Positions 37,107-49,458 of a stretch of DNA of 64,000 bases are shown here, in pieces. The notes below the pieces were generated by a model, which was given only the letters and a program-made list of their open reading frames with translations, ran no database searches and was not told where the DNA came from. The DNA lies in contig JAQGDQ010000572.1 in NCBI GenBank assembly GCA_030141605.1, positions 62,001 through 126,000 of the forward strand. The letters run 5' to 3'. The position numbers were made by a program, and so were the translations under genes. Source of the DNA: Tubiluchus corallicola. Its lineage: Eukaryota; Animalia; Priapulida. Numbering within the stretch: the stretch's first letter is position 1; each line of letters starts with the position of its first letter.

Positions 37107-38806
37107 GTACGCTATTTTCCACTTTTTTACCTAAATGTACGCTATTTTCCACTTTTTTACCTAAATGTACGGTATTTTCCACTTTTTTACCTAAATGTTC
37201 GGTATTTTCCACTTTTTTACCTAAATGTACAGTATTTTCCACTTTTTTACCTAAATATACGGTATTTTCCACTTTTTTACCTAATTGTACGGTATTTTCC
37301 ACGTTTTTACCTAAATGTACGGTATTTTCCACTTTTTTACCTAAATGTACGGTATTTTCCACTTTTTTACCTAAATGTATGCTATTTTCCACTTTTTTAC
37401 CTAAATGTACGGTATTTTCCACTTTTTTACCTAAATGTTCGGTATTTTCCACTTTTTTACCTAAATGTACAGTATTTTCCACTTTTTTACCTAAATATAC
37501 GGTATTTTCCACTTTTTTACCTAATTGTACGGTATTTTCCACTTTTTTACCTAAATGTACGGTATTTTCCACTTTTTTACCTAAATGTACGGTATTTTCC
37601 ACTTTTTTACCTAAATGTACAGTATTTTCCACTTTTTTACCTAAATGTACGGTATTTTCCACTTTTTTACCTAAATGTACAGTATTTTCCACTTTTTTAC
37701 CTAAATGTACAGTATTTTCCACTTTTTTACCTAAATGTACGGTATTTTCCACTTTTTTACCTAAATGTACAGTATTTTCAACTTTTTTACCTAAATGTAT
37801 GCTATTTTCCACTTTTTTACCTAAATATACGGTATTTTCCACTTTTTTACCTAAATGTTCGGTATTTTCCACTTTTTTACCTAAATGTACAGTATTTTCC
37901 ACTTTTTTACCTAAATGTACGGTATTTTCCACTTTTTTACCTAAATGTACAGTATTTTCCACTTTTTTACCTAAATGTATGCTATTTTCCACTTTTTTAC
38001 CTAAATATACGGTATTTTCCACTTTTTTACCTAAATGTTCGGTATTTTCCACTTTTTTACCTAAATGTACGGTATTTTCCACTTTTTTACCTAAATGTTC
38101 GGTATTTTCCACTTTTTTACCTAAATGTACGGTATTTTCCACTTTTTTACCTAAATGTTCGGTATTTTCCACTTTTTTACCTAAATGTACAGTATTTTCC
38201 ACTTTTTTACCTAAATGTACGGTATTTTCCACTTTTTTACCTAAATGTACGGTATTTTCCACTTTTTTACCTAAATGTACGGTATTTTCCACTTTTTTAC
38301 CTAAATGTACAGTATTTTCCACTTTTTTACCTAAATGTACGGTATTTCCACTTTTTACCTAAATGTACGGTATTTTCCACTTTTTTACCTAAATGTATGG
38401 TATTTCCACTTTTTACCTAAATGTACGGTATTTTCCACTTTTTTACCTAAATGTACGGTATTTTCCACTTTTTTACCTAAATGTATGGTATTTTCCACTT
38501 TTTTACCTAAATGTACGGTATTTTCCACTTTTTTACCTAAATGTACGGTATTTTCCACTTTTTTACCTAAATGTATGGTATTTCCACTTTTTACCTAAAT
38601 GTACGGTATTTTCCACTTTTTTACCTAAATGTACGGTATTTTCCACTTTTTTACCTAAATGTACGGTATTTTCCACTTTTTTACCTAAATGTACGGTATT
38701 TTCCACTTTTTTACCTAAATGTACGGTATTTTCCACTTTTTTACCTAAATGTACGGTATTTCCACTTTTTACCTAAATGTACGGTATTTTCCACTTTTTT
38801 ACCTAA
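37103..38806. repeat. Minisatellite, 30-bp unit, about x57, starting at and containing the exon-8 splice donor
   Basis: AAATGTACGGTATTTTCCACTTTTTTACCT repeated; 6- and 8-unit higher-order patterns. Confidence 0.98.
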
Positions 38807-38812
38807 CTGTTT

Positions 38813-39489
38813 TATAGGTTTAACATGTCAAATGTAGACCTGCATTAACTCAAATGTAGATTTAGGTAATTCAAATGTGTCTTGGTAACTCAAATGTAGA
38901 TTTAGGTAATTCAAATATGTCTTGGTAACTCAAATGTAGATTTAGGTAATTCAAATGTGTCTTGGTAACTCAAATGTAGATTTAGGTAGTTCAAATGTGT
39001 TAACAATGGTTTTCAACAAATCTTAAGCGTTTTTGGTAAGTGAAATGTAGACACATGTCAAGTCTAATGTGACATTGGTATCTCAAATGTGGATAGGTGG
39101 TAAAGTTTAAGGATATTAAATTTAATCTTCTTTAATTTCAATTTAATAATTGCTCTTAAGTTAAAATAACAACGTTATAGGTCTACTAATGGCTCACTAA
39201 TATTCTGTAAACTTTACATACCACTGGAACTGTTAGAGAAAACAATACATTCTTAAAATAAACAATTTTTCTTGAGAGAAACTAATTCATTAATGCAGTG
39301 CTAATGCATTACTTAAAAAACTAATTAGTGATTCACTGTTCATTAGGAAGTGGGAACCGATTTATTCTTTTCTGCCGACATTTTTTGTAAAACGTTGACA
39401 AATAAAATGTAGACTTCTATGTCTACATTTGACTTACCTAAGTCACATTTGAACTTTCCTGTGTCTACATTTGACGTGTAAAACCTATA
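38813..39489 (+). mobile_element. MITE family C copy with an internal, roughly 42-bp triplication
   Basis: Same TIRs as 27261-27897. Confidence 0.85.
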
Positions 39490-39717
39490 TAATATTTTGT
39501 TAAACCATTTACAGACTTGCAGTGCAGTTTACTTTCGACCTTCAAAAATCCAGAGTTTTCTTTTACTTTTTGAAGTATGAAACCTTGTAAATTAAACTTT
39601 AATTTATGACCAAACGGTTTTGTAATCGATAATCGTTATTTTAAGCATCATACATTTTGCACCTTGCATCAAACCATTCTGAATGACCAATTTATGTTCT
39701 TTTGCGTAGTACTTTAA

Positions 39718-40255
39718 AGGAAAACCGGATGATTGTGTAAACACGAGTTCAGAATAAGGAATGCTCTGAAATATTGAAAACTACAATAGCTCATTTTAAA
39801 TCAAAGCTTAGGTTAAATGATAATTACCTCGGATAGTCATATTTCGTTAAACTTTTGAAGCTACACGCCGCTCAGTGAATCTACTAAGATTGGCAGCGGC
39901 ACCTTTTTGTCACATTCACGTGGTCGAGAAATAGAAGGCGGTACCGTGATAACCATGATACTGAACTGCAGTGTTAGTTTCATGATGTCATATCATGTAA
40001 AGCCCATTTTTCGTGACATCATGCGTTTAAACAGTACTGTAACACTTATGCAAATGTGCTTGATGCGCAAGGGAAGACGCCTGCCATTGCACAAACTGTG
40101 GTTAGTTTCTGACGTAAGCAATAGCTGTGTTTGGTTGCCGTTAATTAACTTTCTAAGCTAATTCAAATATAAATTGTTAACAATTATTAACTTTTGTATG
40201 TGAGAAAATGTATATTTTAGACAGTAAATTAAAATGAGATTGATCCGGTTTTCCT
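39718..40255 (+). mobile_element. Kolobok-like MITE family D
   Basis: TTAA|AGGAAAACCGGAT...ATCCGGTTTTCCT|TTAA; inverted copies at 55838-56156 and 62309-62799. Confidence 0.85.
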
Positions 40256-41226
40256 TTAATGGGAAAAGTGTTTTTAGACAAATATGATATCTTTTCTCTT
40301 TCATGAAAGTTGTACAAAATCTCATTAACCTTTCTCTAAATTTTTGAGTTAACGTTTTTCGTTTACTTAACATTTCTCCCATTAAAAATGTAAAGTGGAG
40401 GAAATCAGTGGGGCGTGTTTAGCGATGTGGGATGAAAAATGCTACTACTTATGTTAAGGCTGATGTTGCGTTTTTTGTTTTTTCTGTACTGATTCGCTAA
40501 TCTGATTGCATTGCTTGCGCTAAACATGTACGAACAAATAATTACCAAATAAGGAGGACCCCAAAGAGTTTCAATTAATGTCATCATCAGTGAAAATCAG
40601 ATTCTTGTTTTCATGTTCATGCCGCTAGTTCTTCGCTATCACATGCATTTCGCCATTTGCTAGTTAGACGGGCACTACTGCCTGCATTTTGGAAACGCGT
40701 TATACAAAAACAGGTGCTGTACCTGTCAGTAATAGATGTGTTAGTTTCTGATGAACTGCACACGTTCGACAACTCATGCGCAATGTTTGAAATTTGAATT
40801 TTTGTCTTAAAACTTGTCTAGTTTTAGTACAACAAACTGAATATTTTACAGTAGTACTGTACTTCAATTTTGGCTTTCACAAACACGTGCAACCCACTTG
40901 TAAAATATTTTTGGTATTGAAAATTATGTTAGTTTGTGATGTCATGAAAATGGACTTGAAAATGGGATAGTATGTAAAAAAAATCATGCTGTCTTCCTTT
41001 AATGGAAGTATCAATTATTTTTTCTTTGACTATTGGTGAAACATATAGGACTGATTTGTGTGTGTGTATGAAACTGTGAATATTAAAGTGCAATGAGTTC
41101 TATGCAAATTCTAGCTAACTTTCAAGTTTACACTTATTTGTAACATTTTCTTCATTAATACTGAAATGTAAAAATATCATTTCTTGTGCTCACAGCTATT
41201 TACTCTTGTTATCTCTTTTTCTGCAG

Positions 41227-41391
41227 GATGTTCTACTTGCTCTCCCGTTTGAGAAACTTTCCTGGGAATACGCAAAACCCTCCAAGGAGGGGGAGGGACA
41301 TTTGCCGTGCCTCTTTCTGCAGTTTGCTCCCTGCGATAAAGACGGATCCTCGCAATCCTGTACAAAACTTTTACAGGTGTTCTCTAAACAG
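41227..41391 (+). CDS. FRMD8: FRMD8 exon 9 (DVLLALPFEKLSWEY...KLLQVFSKQ)
   Basis: Matches HVLLGLRFQELSWDH...KLLKIYSKQ; phase 0-0. Confidence 0.94.
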
Positions 41392-41407
41392 GTATTTCAT
41401 AACATTT

Positions 41408-41770
41408 CGTACAAAAATCTTCGTATATAAGGTACTTGGATATAAGGGACTTTTGGTGATAAGGGACGATATCTTCAGGTCCCGCGTAATAGAAACCCAG
41501 GTAAATTACCTCGCATATAAGGGCCTCATGATCAAATTTTACATCCGTAAAAGCCTATGGCAAGACCCCGTGCGGACCCGACTATCTTCCCGTGGATCTG
41601 GTAGTTCCAGGAACTTTCTGAAAACACACACTGTGCATGCGTGACGCATCTCAGCCAATCACAACGTCCCGAATAAATTATGCGGCAGGCGGTGATTGGC
41701 CGATTCAACGGCGGATATAAGGGACGATTTTTTCCGGTCTGAAGGTGTCCCTTATATCCGAGGTTAACTG
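41408..41770 (+). mobile_element. Tigger-like MITE family A, 5'-truncated variant
   Basis: Shares aagggacga.atcttcaggtcccgcgtaatagaaacccagg and the right TIR with 9789-10262. Confidence 0.75.
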
Positions 41771-41890
41771 TAATAATTATTAGTATGCAAATGAACAAAA
41801 CACATGGTTTGTTTGTAGGTAGCATCTAAGCGAATGTGTCTGTATTATCTTCAACTATAAATAATGTTAATCTAATAAATAATATTGTTG

Positions 41891-42291
41891 ATTCATACTT
41901 TCAACCGCCATTACGAACGCAGTACTTAAGCAAATTTTGTCGTGTAATACATGGTTAGAAAGCCCGGGAAATTCTCTACCTAACCCCATATAGTTTGCTC
42001 AAAAGTAACTTAAGGCTTAAAAAAATTACTCAAACCCTAGTTGTAAAATCGCCATATTCGGACTAAATTTTCTTAAGTACTGCGTTCGTAATGGTGGTTG
42101 AAAGTACGAATGCATGTTTGTGGATTCCGGAGGAAGTATCGTTGCAAGTCCGAATATGGCGATTTTACAACTAGGGTTTGAGTTATTTTTTAAACGTTAA
42201 GTTACCTATTAACAAACTATATACGGTTAGATAGAGAATTTCACGGGCTTTCTAACCGTGTATTACACGACTAAATTCGCTTAAGTACTGC
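41891..42291. mobile_element. Foldback/MITE with overlapping inverted repeats
   Basis: 41891-41938 pairs with 42065-42111; 41919-42064 pairs with 42147-42291. Confidence 0.75.
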
Positions 42292-42781
42292 AAAGAAAAT
42301 GGCTATTCCGGATTTTGTTGACTAATAAATAACAATTTTCAAGCTGTGTAAAATTTGGTTTTTTCAGCTTTGATTTTAATTATCTTTACTTTTGAACTGT
42401 ATTCGATATGCGCAGTTGGTTTTCTTGATCAGAAATACCAAAAAAGTCAAGAAATGCAAAAAAACTTTTTCGTTTTGTAAAGAAAAAAGGAGTGTGTTGT
42501 TTTGTTTGTTCGGACCACATTTGTCCGCACGATGATTGCTGCTTGGCTAGCGGTAATACGTGACGGTTACAGTTATATGAGCTGTGCTGTATAAATAATT
42601 AAGCCTGTACTACTTAACACATGTGTGAAAGTCATGTTTGAAGTTGTAGATGACTCACTTTGTTATGATTGAGTTTAGGCACAGAAGTATGAACAAGAAT
42701 AAAAAATCTATAATACATATTTGCACTGCACACAACAGAAAAGTGTTTATTAAAACTACAGACACATGAGTAGCATGACTG

Positions 42782-43050
42782 CTGCACTGAACACTGAGAT
42801 TGAGAGTGAGAGTGCCCTGCACTGAACACTTGAGAGTTAGAGAGTGAGAGTGTCCTGCACTGAACACTGAGAGTGAGAGTGTCCTGCACTGAACACTGAG
42901 ATTGAGAGTGTCCTGCACTGAACACTGAGAGTTAGAGAGTGAGAGTGAGAGTGTCCTGCACTGAACACTGAGAGTGCGAGTGTCCTGCAGTGAACACTGA
43001 GAGTTAGAGAGTGAGAGTGTCCTGCACTGAACACTGAGAGTGAGAGTGTC
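42782..43050. repeat. Compound minisatellite (ctgcactgaacactgagag...gagagtgtc), variable unit
   Basis: Direct reading. Confidence 0.9.
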
Positions 43051-43299
43051 TAGAAAGCAAAACCAGTCAGTATATGTAGGTATAGGGGACCTATGCAGAC
43101 TTGCACAGGCTTCACAACAACCATTACTTTAAAGTAGGGAGAGAACCAGTGAATATGCATTCACTGGACCATACAATTATCCTGGTGGTAAGTCAGCTGG
43201 TAGAATGTAACAGGATTAGCCCATAGATGGCAGCACCTAATTATAATGTACAATTCCAACTTCCACAACATGTATATCATCATTGTCGCGTTATCTTAG

Positions 43300-43453
43300 G
43301 CCCCCATGATGGACGCAATGATCGAATCTTGCATTCTTCTGAAAACCGGCAGCATCCCGACCACGCCCAGCACCTGCACATCCATCGTTTATCCTCGACT
43401 CAACGAGATGAGGGCAAAAATTGGGTCGGTGTCTAGAAGGGCGGATGTGATAG
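43300..43453 (+). CDS. FRMD8: FRMD8 exon 10 (APMMDAMIESCI...)
   Basis: Matches AELMSSLIEYCI; phase 0-1, G|GTAAGT. Confidence 0.9.
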
Positions 43454-44024
43454 GTAAGTGTTTTTGCTCACATCTTTCTCCTAAGGCATCCAGTGTCAAA
43501 TTTGTAGTAAAGAAACCACTTCCTTTGTATTCTAAAGCTATTTGCTTTAGTTCCTAAACACCGCACTACGATTATTGCACTTTTGACAAGAACTTACTGA
43601 ACCTCAAAAGTGCCTGTCACGTGTTTTTAAACGACGATTATCGAATTGATATTAATCGAGAAAAATCGTATATCATCTCGAATCCACGTGGAAAAACCTA
43701 GCGTCATTATCATGTCAATACTAACTTAAAAATCATCATCGTATCTATACCAGGAAGAATCACACCAATGTGAGCTTTGTCTGGAATGCTCGTTTTCCTG
43801 GATGAACTTCGTATTGACTAACCGGCGAGTTCGGTCAAGTGAGCGACGTTTGGCACGAACAACGTTGCTAAAGGAGAAAATAATTGCTAAATTCTCAAAC
43901 AGACAGAAATTAATTACTCGGCAAAGTTCGCCTTTGATTTAACACATTATTTATCACTTGTGTCAACCGATTCACTAGAAAAATATATCGATTGTTGTGA
44001 GTTCGTTTGCGGAAGAATTCTAGT

Positions 44025-44302
44025 AATAATATAACAATAATAATAATTTTTATTTAAAGTCGGCTTTTGGGTCAACAATTAACATTAGCTCAAAGAGCTA
44101 TTACCGCCGACTGTAAATAACAACCTACAACTACATAACAGAGACTATTATTACCCCACTTTTGCCCTAAATACCACGCGTCAGGCAGGGCAACAGCAGG
44201 TACAATTTTTAAAGTCTTTGGTATGACCCGGCCGCTGATTCGAACTCACGACCTCCCAGACGGAAAGCAGACGCATTACCACTAGACTAAACCGTCTGGT
44301 CT
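44025..44302 (-). mobile_element. tRNA-derived SINE (MetaSINE-like core) with a LINE-like 3' tail
   Basis: Minus strand: A-box TAGTCTAGTGG, B-box GTTCGAATC, then ccgggtcataccaaagactttaaaaattgtacc; stem-loop and (ATT)n tail further downstream. Confidence 0.75.
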
Positions 44303-44695
44303 AAATATCACTAGTGTTACTGTCATGTACCGATGGGGAAAAATGTGTGGTCATGTGACCCAATTTATACCGGTTAGCAATGCTAAGTTGTTGCATTAAA
44401 CAAATGACAGTGACTCCTGGTCAATGTAGCAAAGAATATTCATACCTATAATTATAAGTAACTAATTTGCAAAGTAATAAACAACTTAGCACTGTGTTGT
44501 CTCACTAAGCTAATTGTTTGCTTTCATCAAGAGAACCCGCAGAGACTATACTTGCTCATTGGCTATTCTAGATATTTGTTTATTTTATACTTCCTGGTGC
44601 ATACTGCTGATTTCTTTTGTAATCGTAAATATTTATTCATTTCCTAGTAAAAGTAAACACAAATGTCATAGTTTTCTGGGTTTTTTTTACCGTAG

Positions 44696-44815
44696 AAGAA
44701 GAGACGGATGGTGCTGTGGCTTCCTCCTCTGGAAGTTCGTCAAGGCTGGCAGTTGCGATTCCAAATATGGTAACTCGCATGGAGAAGATGGTGTTGGCGA
44801 CATTCAACCAAGACG
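44696..44815 (+). CDS. FRMD8: FRMD8 exon 11 (EEETDG...MEKMVLATFNQD)
   Basis: LATF motif resembles the invertebrate FRMD8 C-terminus; phase 1-1; NAGNAG acceptor. Confidence 0.8.
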
Positions 44816-45072
44816 GTTTGTATTTTATTTCAGCAAACAGTTGTGGTGATAGCATGAAATGTTGCACGAGTGCACAGAGAGAGAGGGAGAGAGAGAGAGA
44901 GAGAGAGAGACACGTGTGCATGTGTAGAAAAAAATTAATATTTAATATTAGTATGCAATAATGAACAACTGTTTGTTTAGTTACAAGATTTTGTTTTAAT
45001 AACACCCCACAAGAAGTTATTGTCAAATGTGCAAGGGTTAATGTGGCCCAGTTAAAAAGCTACTACGTAGTG

Positions 45073-45561
45073 CAGGGGTGTGCAAATTATCTGACTAGCC
45101 GGGCCACATTAAACTTTCCCACAATTCCTGCAGGCCACAGGCAGTTTGATCAAGGAGCCAAGTACAGAAGGGCCTAATAACAATTTTTTTTGCATCCGAC
45201 CTGCGTACATCATTACTAGTACACTACTACACTCAAGAAACTATTTTAGAAGTTATTAAAATTTATATTACAAACCATATATCTCTACTTTCGGGACAGA
45301 TAGTGGTAATTTCATTACAATGCATATTAGTAATGTGTATCACAAAGTCTGTGTAGTACAGTGACATTAATTTACAACCGTCTTGTAAGGGTTAATGGCA
45401 TCCGATCTAGTAGAAAAAAACTACCCGCACTATCTTTGGGATCGTGGCACGGACTTCAGCTGGATACACTCAATTAATCGCCTGGGCCGCACTTTCATTA
45501 GGTTGACAAATCTCTTTGCGGGCACAAATTCTCTCGGCGGGCCGCAATTTGCACACCTCTG
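45073..45561. mobile_element. hAT-like MITE
   Basis: TIR CAGGGGTGTGCAAATT; 8-bp TSD acgtagtg/atgtagtg. Confidence 0.85.
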
Positions 45562-46024
45562 ATGTAGTGAAAGGGTTAAATCTATTGCTGATAGCCACTA
45601 GTAGGGAGGCTGTTTATACTGTTTAAAGCTACATTTTTTTCATAAGTTTACAGCATTGCTAAGGTAGAATTATTTATAAATCCGTTTTCTATGTAATTTT
45701 TTTGTGTTTGACATTCAGCTGTAGTAGCAGCTTTTCAAACAGTGCCGAATGTTAACAGTGATTTTTAAATTCCAAATTGTAACCTGAATTTTAATTAATG
45801 TCAATATGGCAGTGAAATTTCACTAATTTACCTATGTTGGCATTTGCTAAAATCGTACCTTGGACTTTTGCTGAAACCAGACGTCTTTTAATTATTTAAA
45901 TGATCTTTTTTGTATTAAAAATATTTGTAATAATGTCTGCTTTATTAATGTCACCCATGGGCTATTTTCAGCACTCTGGCTTGCCATAGATAAACGTAAT
46001 AATCATTTGATTTGTATTATTTAG

Positions 46025-46074
46025 GTGAGATCTTACAAGACCAGTACAAAAAACAGGCATGGAGATTCAAATAA
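46025..46074 (+). CDS. FRMD8: FRMD8 last coding exon (GEILQDQYKKQAWRFK*)
   Basis: tttag| acceptor, phase 1, closes a 1512-nt in-frame CDS. Confidence 0.7.
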
Positions 46075-46248
46075 CAGCCTAGGAATCTTTTCCTTGCAGC
46101 AAGACACAAGTGCAATATTTCAACCTTGCCGGGTTGTTCCACAAAAAACTTAAAATCAGAGAGAATTTCAGTAACAACTTGGTCTTTGCATGTCACTCAT
46201 TTTTCTCTGAAACCATTCCATATGCAGCAATATTTGTTCATATTCAAA

Positions 46249-46692
46249 TATAGGTTTTACACGTCAAATGTAGACACAGGAAAGTTTAAATGTGACTTAG
46301 GTAAGTCAAATGTAGATGCATTACTTTGAATAAATCGGTAATTAAGTTATTTGAGTGCAAATTAGAAAAAGATAAACCAAAGATAGTGCATCTATTAGTA
46401 GGCCTATAACGTTGTTATTTTACCTTAGGAGCAATTATTAATTTGAAATTAAAGAAGATTAAATTTAACATCCTTAAACTTTACCACCTATCCACATTTG
46501 AGATACCAATGTCACATTTGACTTGACATGTGTCTACATTTGACTTACCAAAAAACGCTTAAGATTTCTTGAAAACCATTGTTAACACATTTGAACTACC
46601 TAAGTCTACATTTGAGTTACCAAGACACATTTGAATTACCTAAATCTACATTTGACTTAATGTAGGTCTACATTTGACATGTAAAACCTATA
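46249..46692 (-). mobile_element. MITE family C copy, in the presumed FRMD8 3' UTR
   Basis: Same TIRs, inverted, internally deleted. Confidence 0.85.
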
Positions 46693-47420
46693 CATACAAA
46701 ACTCATGCAAGCATCAAAGAGCAAAACTTGTCTCTAACATGTGAATAAAATGCTGAATATTTTTATAAGTTGTGCGTCGTATAAACTCTCCATACACTTA
46801 CTGTCTCTGTGTTTTCCGTACTTTATAACAGTTAGTAAACTGTACCAGCGTCAGTTCGGTTAGATGATATCTGTTATTTTAAATATTATTACATTTCTGT
46901 TACAAGTTGTTTTTTTCTATGAAAAGTAATTGAAAGTGTCTTCTTGACTCGTTTCTATATCTTATATTATTGGAAAAAGAAATTTTTGTACATTTGTTGA
47001 CGTTAGCCATTTTTACTTGTAAGTACGTTAGTTCAGAAATGTTAGCCATTTCTGTTGACAATTTAATTTGTATTTAACACATTTTTATAATGTATGAACA
47101 ATTTTTGGATACTTTGTGTATATATGATTTTTACCATGTGCACAGAAATAAATAATATAAATTTATAATTATACGACTTCAGTGCATTTTTTTGTACTTT
47201 GAAATTGTATGTTTGTTTACATTTAGATTGTGAAACAGATTTACAAATATAGTATAATATAGTTTTCACTATAATATCAAACACCAGAAAATTAGTTAAC
47301 ATTACTTAGCAGGATGAGTTTGAACAGCAAAGACAGGCAATGAACACACATTATACTAATATAATTAATAAAAGTTTTGGGTGTAGAATATTTTAAAACC
47401 TAATATGAACTCGTTCTTAG

Positions 47421-47877
47421 CCCTTTCAGTCCCAAATTATTTTTTTAATAAGAAAAAAATTTTTGGCTTGGTACTTTTGTTCAGTATGTCCATCTTGTTT
47501 ACACATAATAATTTTTTTTCTACCTGTGCCCGCGTGCTAAATATAGCCTGTATCCCACGGGATACATTGGGATTCAATGGAAGCATAAAATTTGCTTCAT
47601 TTTGCTACTGTTGATAATTTTTTCAAGTATTTAAGACATTTAGTATGCATGCTATGCTGATCTGTACAAAGTCGTCTCTAAAGTACTGTACCTTACACAG
47701 TTTTTATGCTATGTAGATTTTCTAGTTTGCCATTTTATCACCATTTTTAGTCTATTGTTATTGGCTTAAATCAAAATAACTATTAACAGATCAAATAACT
47801 ATCAGTTTTAAAATTTTATTAATTTTAAAGGCAGAGAATATTCTCGCATCCCATGGGATACAACGGGTATGAAAGGG
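47421..47877 (+). mobile_element. piggyBac-like MITE
   Basis: TTAG|CCCTTTCAGTCCC...GGGTATGAAAGGG|TTAA. Confidence 0.8.
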
Positions 47878-48228
47878 TTAACAAAACATTAACAAGATCA
47901 CACAATTTAGCACTTTACAACATCGATTACAGCTAACGAATCACAACTGATGCAGTGCAATAACCGCACAGAACTTTGACACTAAATTGCCGAAGTATTT
48001 TACAGTTGATAATAACAGATTTGATCTCTAGTTTGCTCACTGAACATGTCGGTGATTAAAATTATCAATATCGGGTCATGCCAATTTCTGCAAATGCATA
48101 ATACTGTTACAAAAAATACATTTTGCTAAGAAAATATTAAAACTATAAAACAGCAGCTCTGTTATCGACAAGACTTGACAGAAACTCATCTACAATAGTA
48201 GGGTGATTATTTACTGGTTAGTTTACAC

Positions 48229-49133
48229 TAGTAATAGGCGATTGTGAAATTTTCTAATTCAATTACAATTTTTTTCTTGAAATTCGATATCATGATTAAT
48301 TTTTTGTGATCATTTTTTAGTATTTTAGCAGTATTTTTCAATGATTGGAGTGAAGTATAGCCTATAACTTCTTCATGGCTTTCATCGCTCTCTGTCATTT
48401 TCGTACTCCATACTCGGAAACTGTTTTTATAGACACGTACATTCATTAACTACTCTATTGCTATTTAAACTGCACATGTCACGTGAAAACGAATAAGAAG
48501 CCCCAGTTGGCAACACTGTGGTTTGCAATTGTGTGCAATTTGTAAGGTGAGAAAAACGAAGAAAAATGTAAAGTTGCTGTTTATTTTTGCCTAAAACTCA
48601 TGCCTTTTAGTTAGTGTGTAACACGCATATTTTGCTCTCGATTAACTGAATTATTATTGAATATGCGATTTATACATGGTTGTCATCTCAAGTAATTAGA
48701 TTAATCTATTAATCGCTAGGGGTGAGCATCGAATTCGAACGCTCGAATTCGATTCGAACGAGTTTTTTTAGTTCGAACTCGATTCGAATCCAAAATTATA
48801 GATTCGAATAATTCAGCACTTCAATCACACACGGTCTTTATCACTAAAACGATTGAAACATCATGCAATTAGTATAATTTAGCTGTGATTTCTGCGCACA
48901 ATTTTAAACAAATTACTAGTCGTTTTATTGCAGAACAAAATCTAGTGATATGCATGATTTTTGTAAGACTAATTTTTGCTGGTGGTTCGAAAATCTTACG
49001 ATCTTAATTCGAACTCGGTTTGAATTCGAAACACTGAAGTTCGGTTTGATTCGAATTCAAAAGTCACAAATTCGGTTCGATTTGAATTCGCTTTCCGGTA
49101 GAGAATGCTCACCCCTATTAATCGCCCATCACT
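48229..49133. mobile_element. hAT-like MITE, host of a nested insertion
   Basis: TIRs tagtaataggcgatt / aatcgcccatcacta. Confidence 0.65.
48717..49117. mobile_element. hAT-like MITE with TTCGAA-rich subtermini, nested
   Basis: TIR TAGGGGTGAGCAT; perfect 8-bp TSD ttaatcgc. Confidence 0.88.
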
Positions 49134-49458
49134 AGCCCATCAGTATTTACACCCAGGTACTTTTTTATACATTTTGCCTCTCTGTACATCGGAGTCCATC
49201 ACCCAATAGCATCGCCTACTTGATGCAGATGGTTTGTGGTAAGATCAGAACCTAGCGCATTATCAAAAAAACTTCTTTAAGATGAGAAGATCGTAACAGA
49301 TAGTAAACTGGCTTTGTGTCTCGGTCATGTTCAGACCTGCTTATACATCCTCTGTTAACAAAATGTATTACACAATTTTAATTAGTCGCCTCGATCTCGA
49401 TTCAAACTAACGAAGCCGAGTACGTTTCTAGCAGCACAATTAACGCCAATGGTTCTCG

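Noticed and set aside
36954-38837. Long ORFs (488, 411 and 327 aa) across the 30-bp array as standalone genes
   Set aside because: Stop-free reading of a minisatellite; only 36977-37106 is a conserved exon.
44225-44302. tRNA gene
   Set aside because: A/B boxes are present, but I could not form an acceptor stem and it runs into a SINE core.
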